63,981 nucleotides of DNA, filler included, from Mitosporidium daphniae (GCF_000760515.2; 10 parts of 10 records of this genome joined end to end with filler, not necessarily neighbours in it), one strand, 5' to 3'. Positions 22,140 through 34,804 are shown, counted from the first letter of the whole stretch. Made by a program: numbers and translations. Notes: generated from the letters alone by a model not told the origin.

Positions 22140-25116
22140 TCAGTTGTGAAGTTCAGACTCGTCGCGGTCGTCCGAAAGACGACGCCTGCATGTTTGATGT
22201 ATGGAACGGAAGAAGGCAACCAGCCTAGATGTCCGCTTTGACGAGGCCAGGGAACGGTCGGCCATGACTGTGACGAGCGCCGGAATGGAGCCCATGAATG
22301 CGGCCACTTCAACTCCAGAAAAGTGAGCCTCTGGAAGTGCGTGCACGGCGGACTCCAATGCACCTCCAAGCGCAGAAAAGCTAGCCAAGGCACTGCTACT
22401 TTGTCGTACCGATGAAGAGCCCAAAGCAGACGCCGAGTCTAAAACTTCGCAGACCAGAAGAAGCAGGCGACTGATCTCTGGTATCATGTCGTAAGGGAAT
22501 ATTGTTGAACATATAACCACCTTGACGACGGCACGGATAAGAACGGCGGATGGGTCGCCCTGTAATGCTGCGAGCAGTGGTTGCCGAAGAGATATGGGCG
22601 CTTCTTCGTCCATGGCGACAAAGTAAATGTCGGCAAGCAGCTGGCAACATTCAAAGACCAGATCTGGATCAAAGGCTTGACATTTTCCCATCCATGCTGC
22701 AATCCATGTTACAGCAGCGCTAGCGAATGCAGGATCGCCTACTATATGCTCGGGCAAAAGCTCCATCACACTTCGAAGAAGGATGACCATTGCCTCCATA
22801 GAGCTCGGAACAAGAGCACCCCAACTCCAAAGACGTCTGAGCATTCCACTTACAAGAGCCACAAGAGCTGGATGCCCTACTCCCCGCGTAGCAGCAACTC
22901 GACGGACGAATGAATCTAAAATTAATTGAAAAATCTACTTGCAAGCCGNATATATGCCGCCGCATTGTCCAATGATTCACCAGAAGATGAATCCGGGTGC
23001 GCATCAACTTTGGAAGCCCAAAGATTCAATATGGCGATAGAAAGGCGCTCTAAAAGCAATGCATCTGACTCTGGCAGCAGTAAAGCGACCAGCAAGATGC
23101 TTCTAAGCACGCCTGCGTTAAGTGACTCAAAGTTCCATTCTCCAATAATGGAGGCCAATGAACGCAGCACAGGTACAAGGGTATCTTTTGCCGACGCGCG
23201 CTCAGAAGCAATAGCAAGCACAAGCTCAAGACTGCGAATTTCACGAGCGCTCCATAGCGAGGCAACTAACTCGCACAGCATGGCGGCAAGCCCTGCTCCG
23301 ACAAGTAAATGTGCCAGGGCACCCAAGATACGCTCGTTGCGTGGGTGGCGGCGGAAAAGCGCACATATTGGCCCCACCCATCGTCCAGGATCCTCTTCAG
23401 CGCCAGTACCAACTCCATTAGCCAGTAATGTTTCAAGTGCCATCGCTGCCGCTGCAAACGTAAGAGATCCCCATGGAGCGCCACCGTCTTCTGCCAGTAC
23501 GGCAAGGACAGCCTCGAGCTGAAAGGGGCCAAGGCGCGTAATGCGTTCTGTTCTAAGCGCTGTCCATGGCGCATATGCCGAAATAAAGAGCAGTGCGGCA
23601 TACCAAAGCCGCTCGTTGGAGACGCCACGAGGATGGTCTGCCAAAAGCCGAGGTAATTGTTGTATTAGAGACCCAATTGGCTCCTCTGAAGTGTCTGGAA
23701 CCGTTCCGGCAACAAGTCGCGCCGCGGTCAGAATTGCCTCTGCAAATCGTGCATCCATGATGGAGTTAGAAACGCTCTTGCTACTAAGCATGAGAAGCGT
23801 CGATAAATCGACGCCAAGAGTAAGAGCAGCAATCACAAGATCCTTGAGACCATCCCCTACGACGTGGCGAAAAGAGCGAAAGTCATCGACCTCTTGGCGC
23901 GTCATGGCCCCGTTGGGCCATTGCAGCACCGTAACCATCAAAGCAAACCCGCGAACAACAACCTCGTTTGCACTGATGCCATTTTTATGAGGTGATGAGT
24001 TCCCGTGGACGACGTGACCTTGTTGATAATTAGATGTCTGGATGGCATGATTGATGGAGTAGCTATTTTGGGCATTAGTAGAATTAGCTGCTCTTGCAAC
24101 ATCGACAAGACGATCCCAGAGACGAAGACTGGCGTCCGCCAAGCGCAAAGAGGGCGGTGAGAGCGATCCAAAGAGACCGTCACGCCACAATGTGCCTCCA
24201 AGTAACCCTAATGACAACTCAAAAAAGCAATCCATGAACTCGATCAACGCCAAGCCAAACACTTCAACAATTTCGTCATCTTTTGGTAGCTTTGGGATGG
24301 CGGCTGCCAGTAACGAGCCCATGTGTGCAGCATCAGCCTCACTGCCAGCATCTCGAAGTACTAGGATAATTTCCATCAGCAACTCTGAGACAATGGGCGC
24401 TGAAACTGCCCCTGCTATGAGCGCGGCTACGGCACCCTCATCCAATGCATCTACAAATGACAACAATTTTGGTACGCTCGCGGATCATGGAAAGAACCCT
24501 GCGGCCATCCGCCGCGCGGATCCAGTTTAGCATGCACTCGACACGCCTTTCTGCAGAAAATCCCTGCACCAGCGCAGGCAGCGTCGCAAGGTGATTATCG
24601 ACGAGCGCCCCAGCTTGTGCGCGCTCTTCACTGGTCGTTGTACCCTCGATTAGCGCATTTGGATATGAAACAAGAAACTCCTCCACCATTTCCGGGTCTG
24701 CCAAGGCTTTCAATGTCTGCGAAAAGGAATCACCTTCACCATGCAAGCGAAGTGAAAGGCGGCTCAGACAGAGCGCTATCTGAATCCAGAAAGGGCGCGT
24801 AGATGTTGGCCCTCCTGGCGTTACCGCTAGCGAGGCTTGCAAGCTCTGTAGATTTGACACGTCTAGTTGTGAAGCATCAAAGGCCAGCTAAAATTATCTC
24901 AATTTGCATGGGTACCTTGCGGCGCAACGTTTGGGCTCCGAAAAGGCGATATGCTGCGGGGAGCCCCTGAGTCGAAATAAGCTCCATCGAGCCAGACCAT
25001 GCATCCATTGTGTTCTGCCAGCGCGAGAGAAACCGATCCGCTGCTCTCCGGTCAGCAGCGGCAGTTGTGGCACCACCGGCATCATAGAGCAATCCCAAGG
25101 CCTCGACTAGCTCCAT
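22140..25116 (-). CDS. MTR10: Importin-beta family karyopherin, transportin-SR/Mtr10-like, multi-exon
   Basis: MELVEALGLLY...ADRFLSRWQNTMDAW...RLFGAQTLRRK (IBN_N); DDFRSFRHVVGDGLKD is TNPO3-like; helical repeats through ORFs 24438-24860, 22922-24466 and 22140-22862. Confidence 0.8.
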
Positions 25117-25170
25117 TATAAATTTAAATTCTGCTGCGCACTTGTGCCAAGTTGTTTTAATTTTAATTTA

Positions 25171-25625
25171 ATGACGTCCAGGGATTTTGATATTCTTCGG
25201 CAACGGTACAAGTGAGTGGGTTAATTTATTGGAAACCATTGACCTTTAAAACCGTTTTCGTTTTCATATATTAACCTGATAGGTTTATTCCCGAGGACTC
25301 GCAGCGGCCAAATAAAGATTGGCAAGACAGGATGGTGCTTGGTTACAATGATTCTCTCTTTCGGGAGTTTGCACTATTCACCACAAGAGATCCTGCGGAT
25401 TCCTGTGCAGGGCCTTCTTCCATAGCCATACGATGGCGCACAAAAGTCGAGGTAAAATCTGGAAAGGGTGTCTATATTTGCAGCAATCTATCTTGCTCCG
25501 CCTGTGAAGAGCTTTGTTGCTTCGAAGTGCCTTTTTCTTATGTGGAGGAGGGACGTCTTTGCAAGACCCTTGTTAAATTATCTGTATGTCCGTCATGCGC
25601 ACGCCTTCTTCGAAGACGCAACTAA
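25171..25625 (+). CDS. FRA10AC1: FRA10AC1 homolog (spliceosome-associated)
   Basis: DFDILRQRYK|FIPED across 71-nt intron 25212-25282; YNDSLFREFAL, RWRTKVEVKSGKG, C-x4-C, FEVPFSYVEEG, LVKLSVCPSCA. Confidence 0.9.
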
Positions 25626-26048
25626 TTTGGTGGCAGGCATTACTTTTAACCATCTTTTCACTTGGGAACAATTCGGCCTTGCGCCTTCAGTGTCTTGATG
25701 AATTTGCAAATTTTAGCTGGCGATGGCTGTTATTTGCAAAGGCTAGCCAGCTAAATAGACATTAAAGTTTTCACGTACAAAAATAAAGCACATGAAATTT
25801 GGCTTTTTGCGTCCTGGGGACCGTGTCACCGATGCCAAACCCAGTGATAGAGAAGCTCGTTTTAACGATCGCCTTGAGCTACCATAGACAAGCCAAGTAA
25901 CACAAGCTTAGACATGGTGCGACATCTAAGCCTGATATACATGCCTATTCAAACTGACATCAACTGACATCTTGAACGACGGAGAAATGGAAGCTGGATT
26001 GATAGGAGTCAAATCTACAAGCAAATTTCAGGACGGGATACTTTTATT

Positions 26049-26666
26049 TTATAAAATAATAAGCACAAACAGGGTAGTTGCAACAGCCAATGCCGAATTT
26101 GTATTTGCACAAAACGCACCATCGGGAACAGGCACAGTATCAATTTTTTCCTTCTTTGACGGAGAGGAGGCAGAATCTGCCATGGCATCGTCGCGGAACT
26201 TGAAAAAAGTTGCACTTATCTTGAAAAGAGTAACATCGTTTTTCGTTCCTGTGATCAATACATTGTACCTTCCGCTTGCAATTGATTCAGGGAGTTTCGC
26301 ACCTATAGAAAATTCATATGAAACTCCCGGTAAAAGGGGGAATGTGGGGACCGTTTTGCTCTCTGCCTGCGAAAACAGCTCACTAATCGGGATCGTTGAA
26401 TCTACAAGATGAAATCCACAATGCTGGACAGAGAGTGAAACTTGAGCATCTGCAGCCTTGATGGGTTCTTTGGACTTTGTAATAAAAGAGCCCTCGATCT
26501 TGAACATTTCACCAGGAATTACGGGAGTGGCTCTAAGATCTCTGAATTCAACTTCATGGGTCTTATTTGCTAAAACTGTAAAAACCAGTGCGTCTGCCAT
26601 TGGAAGCCCCATTAATGGAGATGGTATGAGAACAGCCAAAACTCCCAACACGAGAAGAAACTGCAT
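26049..26666 (-). CDS. Secreted ML (MD-2/NPC2-like lipid-recognition) domain protein with hydrophobic C-terminus
   Basis: Signal peptide; TPVIPGEMFKIEGS, FPLLPG, LPESIASGRYNVLI match the ML-domain pattern; tail NSALAVATTLFVLIIL. Confidence 0.7.
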   Translation of the reverse strand: MQFLLVLGVLAVLIPSPLMGLPMADALVFTVLANKTHEVEFRDLRATPVIPGEMFKIEGSFITKSKEPIKAADAQVSLSVQHCGFHLVDSTIPISELFSQAESKTVPTFPLLPGVSYEFSIGAKLPESIASGRYNVLITGTKNDVTLFKISATFFKFRDDAMADSASSPSKKEKIDTVPVPDGAFCANTNSALAVATTLFVLIIL

Positions 26667-27429
26667 TTAATTTAATTAAAGCTGAAAAAAATCCCAAACA
26701 TCAAATATGATTTAATCCATCCAATAAAAAAGCCCTTTAAAGTGTCGCAATTATGCGAGTTATTTTTTGCATTTTATTCTCATTTCTGGGTGTATGCATG
26801 CGTATTTGCCTTCAAATCGCATGAGACTATGCTACGGAGAATACGTGAACGGCTACTTGTAGTCTTAATGATAAAGCTTTGTATCATAATTTATATTAAA
26901 GATCATCACAACAAACTGCACTCTTAATGTACATGGAACTCAAATTTATATGGCTTCCATAGGCAATCGAAAAGATTAGGGTTAGATGGTGTTTTTAACT
27001 TTGGAAAAGACTGTTATTATTGGAGCCATTCAAAAGCTTTGTCTGTAAACGCGTGATAAAAACAAAAATTGAGGCTATCTTAGCGAAAAACATATATCAG
27101 CTGTTGATTGAATAGTCTATAAATTTTGCATTTTATGTCATTTTGCGCTATTTTATTAAACCTGAATTTATCAAGCTGAGTTTCAACGGTGCTGACCTGG
27201 TCTCATAATAGTTTTGAATGTAAATAAATTTTCCATTTAAGAAATTATAAAAATAACCCCCCCCCGTCAATTGCAGGCCAAAAGTTGGTACCTACCAGTT
27301 GAAATAAAACACCCGATTAATTTTCTTGCCCCTGTCACCTTGAAGGGAAAGGCTGCAAATAAAAATTAATATAAACAAGGAATATTCTAATTTTAACAAT
27401 CCATATATTTTTCTTCTTTCTAGCCTCTT

Positions 27430-27850
27430 CGTAAACCCTGGAGGTAGCTGTAAAACCACGAATCACAGAATTGAGGAGAAAACTCCACTTTTCACCTTAT
27501 AAGGAGATTTAGGATTATCAAGGACATAAAAATATATATTTCCGAGTCTGATCTAAAAGAGGGTTTTTATGCCGATGCCATAGTAAAGATATGGATTTTT
27601 CAAGAATATATTCACAATCCCGACATATTTGAACCTACCAATAAAGTCTGTGCGCACCTAAAAAACTGAACATTCTCAGTTATATTTGTTTAAAATGGAG
27701 ATAGGCCTTCAATTTCTCTACAAGAAATCATCCATGGCGATCGAAATGCCAGGAAAATTTTCCTTTTCTCAAAAAGAGAAATCAAGGCCGCAAATGGCGG
27801 TTCCAACATTGGGCTAAAAAAGAAATATGAACTCTCCAAAGAAAGCTTGA
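27430..27850 (+). pseudogene. Decayed Ser/Thr protein kinase
   Basis: Collinear subdomains across frameshifts and stops: EVAVK (27441-27455), KEI*DYQGHKNI, KIWIFQEYIHNPDIFE, YLFKMEIGLQFL, EIIHGDRNARKIFL (HGD at 27733-27741), EIKAANGGS at the DFG position. Confidence 0.7.
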
Positions 27851-27914
27851 AAACATCTTATAAATTCAAAGCTTGAAAACATCTTATAAATTCAAAGCTT
27901 GAAAACATCTTATA
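27842..27914. repeat. 26-bp tandem repeat, about 2.8 copies, running into the contig end
   Basis: Unit AAAGCTTGAAAACATCTTATAAATTC, perfect copies, no spacers. Confidence 0.9.
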
Positions 27915-28440
27915 NNNNNNNNNNNNNNNNNNNNNNNNNNNNNNNNNNNNNNNNNNNNTTAATTAATTAANNNNNNNNNNNNNNNNNNNNNNNNNNNNNN
28001 NNNNNNNNNNNNNNTTCTTATTCTTATGGGTGTTGATAGGTGTATCTTAAAGCCTATCATAAGGGAAAGGTTGAATTCCTTTTAAACTCTTGCTGCAATG
28101 TTGGCCTCTGGTCCGTTTTTGATGGTAGAGTTATGAGGAAGTTTTATGTTGAGATTGGGCGTTTTTTAATGTACGGTTAAGCATCACCTATACTGCAATC
28201 AGTTGTATATTTCAATTTTCGGCAACATTTAACCCCTGACCTTATCCAATAGAATAAGAAACACCCGCGCTCTTAACCTGTACTGGCTTGGAAGCTAATC
28301 AACAAGTTGCCATGTTGAATCCAAATTTATTCAGAGCATGTGCAGTCCAAAGCTTAACTCTGCAATATAATGGTTCTTTATCATGTAAACTCAAGGAAAA
28401 TGCTTAAAAGATACGGTTTTTTTCTCAGCACAAATGTCAT

Positions 28441-29310
28441 CTACTTTCCTTTAAAGATCGGCTTCCTTTTTTCGGCAAAAGCCAACAATGCCTCCTTCCG
28501 ATCTTCCGTTGGGACTACTTGGGCATAACACATCTCTTCAAGAGCTAATCCAGAAGCTAGTGGAAGATCAATACCACCATTGATGGCAAGCTTTGCCATT
28601 CGTAAAGCAATTGGGGAAGAATAGTGTGCCCATTTTTCTGCCAACATCATCGCAGCTTCATAAGGATTTTCGTGAAGCTGGTCTATAAGTCCCATTGACA
28701 ATGCCTCAACGGGTGAAATAATTTCTCCACCATATATCAGCCGCTTTGCATTTGATGCGCCAACAAGTTTGGGAAGGCGCTGGGTTCCACCAGCTCCAGG
28801 AATAATCCCAAGAGTGCACTCTGGAAGCCCGAGTTTAATTTGTGAATGAGAAGCACAAACCCTATAATCTGCAGCCAAAGCTAGCTCGAGTCCTCCTCCA
28901 AGAGCACTTCCCTCTATTACAGCAATCGATGGGATAGAAAGTGTAGAAACTTGAGTAATAGTCGCCCTTAGCTTGGAGACGAATGAAGCAACCTCAACCT
29001 CAGTCATTTGCATCCGCTCCTTCAAATCTGCTCCAGCGCAAAAGACCCTTTCATTTGCAGATCGAATGATCAGTACGCGAGCGCTGAGATCCCTCCTTAT
29101 TTCCGAGAGCATGTCTTGAAGGGCGGAAACCATTTCCCTGCTGAAGGCATTGACCTTGCCATTATTAAGGGTCAATATGGTAATCCCTCGATTATTAAAA
29201 TTATCCTCTTTAGAGACAATAGTGTTGGTAGAAAGTTTTACTCGACTCCAGCCAATGGCTGTGATTGATTGCCTAGGGATAAGCCCGGACATCATCGCAA
29301 TCCTCATCAT
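28441..29310 (-). CDS. AUH: Methylglutaconyl-CoA hydratase / enoyl-CoA hydratase, mitochondrial
   Basis: VFCAGADLKER, ALGGGLELALAADYR, GLPECTLGIIPGAGGTQRLP, TEDRKEALLAFAEKRKPIFKGK; presequence-like N-terminus. Confidence 0.92.
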   Translation of the reverse strand: MMRIAMMSGLIPRQSITAIGWSRVKLSTNTIVSKEDNFNNRGITILTLNNGKVNAFSREMVSALQDMLSEIRRDLSARVLIIRSANERVFCAGADLKERMQMTEVEVASFVSKLRATITQVSTLSIPSIAVIEGSALGGGLELALAADYRVCASHSQIKLGLPECTLGIIPGAGGTQRLPKLVGASNAKRLIYGGEIISPVEALSMGLIDQLHENPYEAAMMLAEKWAHYSSPIALRMAKLAINGGIDLPLASGLALEEMCYAQVVPTEDRKEALLAFAEKRKPIFKGK

Positions 29311-29362
29311 TTTAAATCAAGTTAAAAAATAAATGTTTTAGGGTTGCTTCCTGATTATTGCA

Positions 29363-30819
29363 ATGCAGGGCACTACCCGCAGTTGCCTACCCTGCCAATC
29401 CCATCAGCTGCATCTTAACCACCATTATGGCAACCGTTGCCGGCATCATCGCTCTTTTCAAATAGATATGCTCATTTGGGGGCCATCTACTTTAAAGCCA
29501 CCCTTGCCTCTTAAACGGGATAAAAGATCGCCTAAAAGGGCTATTCCCAGGTTCCCGGAGCGGATTTTGGATGCGCCCGGGCTTCTAAAAGATCCACTTA
29601 CATCTCCGATTTCTTGGTGCCATAGTCGATCCATTTTAGCGGTGGCCCTTAATTGTTCTGTTTATCTTTGGGAGGAAAAAAGCGCATCAATATGTTCCCA
29701 CTTTACATTTGGCTCTGCCATTTCCGCAGTTCATTGGATAACTTCGTCAATTGTGGCAATTGGCTCTGCAGATGGCGTCCTAATTCTTTGGGAGCCGCTT
29801 TCACATAGTCAGATATACTTGAAACGTTCAAAAGGAGCTCCAATCAATATAATCACCAATGGCCCGTGCGGGACCATTGTTACGGGCGATTCAAAAGGAG
29901 ATCTCTTTTTTTTCTTTCCAAATGGCTCTTCTTTAGCAAAGCCAAACGCACACTCGCACCAAATTTCGTTCATCACCTTCGAACAGAAAGGCTTATTCGC
30001 AACCATGGACTCCAGTGGTCTTGTCCATCTGTGGAAAATAGTCGATTCAACCGCCTTTTCTCCCGTTATTTATGGGTCCATTTTAAAATATGCCAGTCAT
30101 TCGCTATCTGCCATTAAAGTAAGTTGAAGCCGGTTTTCTTTCGTCATTTTTATTACTTTTATTTTCCATTTGATTTCAATTGCTTACTGTAGGCAGTCGG
30201 ATGGTGCCCGTGGCGCTCTTCATTGGTTGCAGTTGCCGGCCCTTCTTCCATCACTCTTTGGAATGCATATTCGGGGTCACTTATTTCGGAAGCGACTTTC
30301 CTTGACCACGCCCACCCACCTTTGACTTTGTATTGGTGGTATCCAGAGTCATCGATGCCATTAATTGTTGTGGTCCATTCTAACTATGAAATATCGCTGT
30401 GGTCCCTACCGCGTTTGTTTTGTATTACTAGAATTCGACCAGAGATCGATTCGGTCGTTCTACATGCCTGTTGGACAGGATCTAGAATCATCAGCATTGC
30501 AGCTGATGAGAGAATTCAGTTTCATTCGCTTTCCCCGCAATCTGCCGCCCTTAATTCGCCCTCAAAACTAAATTCACCCTTAAAGGCAGGAAATATAACC
30601 ACCTCTCCAACCAAAGAATTGTCCCTGCATACAATACCAATTTCGCCCTATTGCAAGGAAATGAGAGATGTCAACACGTCTCCAGCTTCTCTTAAAAATA
30701 AGAACCTCTCTATTGAATATAGCTTCCCTTCAACGCATGCTGGATGTGGAGGATTATTTTCGCCAGAATCTAGAAGATTGCTTTTTGGTGTCAATGACCA
30801 CCGGCATCCAACAGCTTAA
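29363..30819 (+). CDS. Divergent CDC20/Fizzy-family WD40 protein
   Basis: IPRFPERILDAPGL, LAVAL..SVYLW, AIK|AVGWCPW joined by 74-nt intron 30119-30192, IAADERIQF. Confidence 0.8.
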
Positions 30820-33060
30820 TAAAATTTTAAACTTTATCCTGCTCCTTCTTCTCAAATTCCAATGTTTATGTTTGCGCCATCCTGAAAAACGGGCCCTATT
30901 TTAAACCATGTGCAAGCGAATTTACTTGACATCACGCAAAAAATACGAAAAATCAAAAACCAAGTTGCTGTAACAATGAGAGAGAACATTTCTGAAATTA
31001 AATATTCATATCCTATCGGAGCTTCAATCATATTCTCTACATCTGCACGAATCTCTTACTTGAAATAGTTTCGAGGATTAAAAATGCCGAGCACATAATA
31101 AGAACCACTACACGATAAAACAGAGCTCCCTCAACAGAATTTTCAATATTTGCACCAGAGGATATTTAGGCCGCTGCAAAAATAAGTGTTTTGAAAAAGA
31201 CACCTCGAATTAGCAGCACACACATCGGGGATATCAAGGTATTTCTGTCAATAGAAGCAAAAAGAACACTAAAACATCAATAATAGAGTTTGAGATTTCA
31301 GGCAAACTCATTAGCAACATAAATTGACGGAAATACCGGAGTGTTTAAACACATTTTACGCCGCTACACAAGCAACAAAAGCTAATACATCACTTAAAAG
31401 GGTGTGGGATTACACTAAATGCCTTAAAGAATTTTATTATTAGCTTAATGAGCGATTTTATCAGGTAAACGGGTTTAAATAATCACTTCAACCTTCCAAA
31501 AAATCCTTCATTGCGAGAGTTGGCCTCAATGTCGCTTGAAAAAGATCCACGAGCATCCTTTTTGGAGATATTTGGTTATAATAAAAAGTAAAAAATCCCT
31601 AATGGTATAATCATCCTCAAAAAAGGCTAAAACCAACCTCAACAAATCGCAAGTAAATATTTCACGAAAGATTCGTAATAGGCCTCTGGAGTAGCTCATT
31701 TTTTATTCGACATCTGAAAATAAAAAGACACGCTTGCATTGGGAAGCTATACTTCTATCGATACTATAATCCTCGCTATACTTTTTAAAGCTCTACTTTT
31801 GGTCGACGTCAGGAAAGGTTTCATTTTTAGGGCGCAGTTATGCTGACAAAAATGAAGTGAAAAATATTAATATCATGGAAGAGGATCCAGAAATAAATAC
31901 TCGGCTAAGAAATCCAGAAAAAAGCGACGTAGATAAAATAAAACCAGTATTATACAAGGTGTTGATATCAGAAAATGCCATAGACCGAAAGATAATAAAA
32001 TAATATACGCAAGCTGTAAAAAAATCACGCAAGTAACAAACATCGTTAAATTAAGCTTTGCTAACAGCTTCTATAGATGCCTCCAATGTGTCTGTCAATG
32101 GGTGAATAGCAAGATCTTTGTAGCATGCAAGTGGTCTCAGCTTATTTTTTAAAGTCAAATTTGAGAAACTGCAAGAACCTATTATTGAGGTCTTTTGAAG
32201 TCAATTTTATCAAATCCCCATCAATGGTAATCTAGAATAAAAGCTGAGATGATTCCATCAGATCGAAGCTCTTTTCTTTAGGACATAAAAAATAGCAAAA
32301 AATGTATATATCAAAATATGAAAATAGCTAGAAGTTAAGTATATATCAAATGATAGATTGGTAAGCATATTTTTAAATGGATCTGCATTCTTAATCACTT
32401 GGTATCCTGAAAGCACGCCAGAGACTTGTGAATGTGTTTTTTGATAACATGAGACTCCTCTTATCGTAGTTGAAAAGATTTGCGAAATTACCAGTATATA
32501 GGTGTGAAGCAAACACGGCCAACAGGCATATAGAATATTAGAAGAGCATCGAAAAACGCATAAACTATTCAAGGATACAAATTTTCGTTTTTTGGGGAGA
32601 AAATTGGTCTATTGCAAAGTGCGGTTTTTATGAATTTTCCCTGCACAATGGAAGGTGTCTATGATGTCTGCGATTGCTTCCATTGTAAGAAATGATACGG
32701 AAAGACGCATTTCCAGGTACTTCGATGTCTTTCGGTAGTGTGAGCAATTACGTTACCTTTGACATGACAAAATATGAGGTCTCTCTCCCCCTCTCCTTTT
32801 CGATTAGTTAGCTCGGCTTAAATTGAATTTTAATTTTAATTTAATTAAAAGCAAAGAACGACTGTTGCTCTCCGATTCCGGAACACGCCCATTGAAGTTA
32901 TGGTAAAATCTTTCGTAGAATTTAATTTTAAACTTTAAAGTTTAGCTTTTAGCTTGCAAATCGCTTGTGATTGGGGACATAGGGCCAAATGTATTGTCCA
33001 TTGAAAAGGCTTCAATTTTAATTCAGTTCTCCCTTCCAATTTACTTGCCATTGTTCCACT

Positions 33061-33783
33061 ATGGGTGCGTTAAATATATTCCGTTTGTTGGGAGACTTGG
33101 TGCATGTGATCTCCATATTCCTACTTGCATCCAAGATCATGTCATCTCGATCATGTAAGGGTATTTCTCTTAAAAGCCAAATATTGTATCTTACGGTCTA
33201 TGTCGTTAGATATCTTGATTTCTTTGCCATGTTAAAAATGGATGTACTGCACATGTACAATTCTTTGCTGAAGATTGTTTTTATTGCCTCTCAATCCCTC
33301 ATCATCTACCTCATGCATGTGAGATTTGTGTCGACCTTTGACAAGAGGACTGACTCGTTTAAGCGCAACTGGATTTACCTGATACTTGGCATTTGTTTTG
33401 TAATTTCTTTCTTTGCAACAAACTGCCGCTCGACATGGTCGTTTACTCTCAAAATTCGCGAGGTAAGCGATTTGATAGTTATTGGTTACATTTAGTATCT
33501 GTGGACGTTCTCTATTCTTTTGGAATCCGTAGCCATTTTACCCCAATTGTATATGATGCAGCGAACTGGCGAGGCTGAAAGCATTACCACCCATTATCTT
33601 CTGTTCCTTGGACTCTACCGTGCTTTTTACCTTATGAACTGGATCTATAGATGGATAGTCCGCGACCATACGGAGGGAATAGCTATTATTGCAGGCCTGT
33701 TACAGACAGCTTTGTATTCTGATCTATTTTATATATATTTTTCGCGTGTATGCCAAAATAGGCCATATAAGCTCCCACTTTAG
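33061..33783 (+). CDS. ERD2: ER lumen protein-retaining (KDEL/HDEL) receptor
   Basis: NIFRLLGDLVH, GISLKSQ, RYLD, intron 33463-33495, LESVAILPQL, LGLYRAFYLMNWIYR, QTALYSDLFY. Confidence 0.96.
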
Positions 33784-33866
33784 TTCAATAAAGACATCCA
33801 AACCAAATCACCGTGGCATCATTGTGTCTGATTTTGTAATTTTAATTTTTTGCAGTTTTATTGCTA

Positions 33867-34804
33867 ATGCCCCCGATAAAAGAGTCTACTCCGGAATACA
33901 CCTCCTTTTCAGAGGAACGCCGCCAAGTGCTTGGGTTTCTTCTGACATATCTTGAACGCAGAAATGTTCTCACTTCCGAGTATTATAAGAAGCTCGTATC
34001 GCTGAACGGGCTTTTTGCAGAGGATATTAATATTCTTGTCCAATCAATAGCCAAAGCCAAACACATAGCCAAAAAATCGCACAAGTCGCTGCTTCGTTCG
34101 CCATCAATGCCCTCCGCTTCAGCATCTTTGGAATCCTCGCCATCTTTTACTGAAGGGCCATCCTTCTACGAGCTGCTTGGAAAGACTCTAATGGACTTTA
34201 TAACTTCCCATGACAAATCTATTGCTCAATCAGCTACCCTTTCCGAAGGAAAGCTGAAGGATCTATTTCAAGGATTGGCTATAGATCAGCAACCAGAGCT
34301 AGAAGCGATTGATGCGACAATTGCTTCGTTGTCAAATCAACAGAATACCATGTCCGCTAAACTGGCAAAGCTAAAGGGGGAGTACATCTTGTCATCACAA
34401 ATGGTTGAAACCTCGTTTGAAGAGTTGAAAAAACGCGCCTTAATTCCGTTCCCTAACTCGACGACTAGCTTTTCGCTTACCAAGGCTTCAAACTATGAAA
34501 AGGTATCGAGCTTTATTACCCATTTATTTAATAGGCTTTTTTGGACTATTCAAAAAAAGTTGAAAGTGCTCGTAAACCTGCACGTGAATTTTATGAGGAA
34601 GTCTCCCGCATTCGAGATGCTTTTGAGGAGATAGAATCCAAAAAGCTTTTACTGAAAAAGGTTTATCATTCCATACAATTGACCTTTAGAAAATCTGTAG
34701 CATCGAAATGACGAGGTCTGAGGATGTCCTTAAATTATTAAAAGGATCTACAGTTCTCTCCAATTGCCAGCCTCTTTTTGAAGAACTTGAGGAAAAAAGC
34801 AGCA
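33867..34804 (+). CDS. Coiled-coil hypothetical protein, multi-exon, 3'-truncated
   Basis: 257-aa ORF plus probable short introns; heptad-like segments; no family recognised. Confidence 0.5.

Noticed and set aside
22926..24530. Plus-strand ORFs overlapping the karyopherin
   Set aside because: Antisense shadows of a GC-rich CDS with no motifs
27842..27914. CRISPR array
   Set aside because: Head-to-tail repeats with no spacers, no cas genes, eukaryotic context
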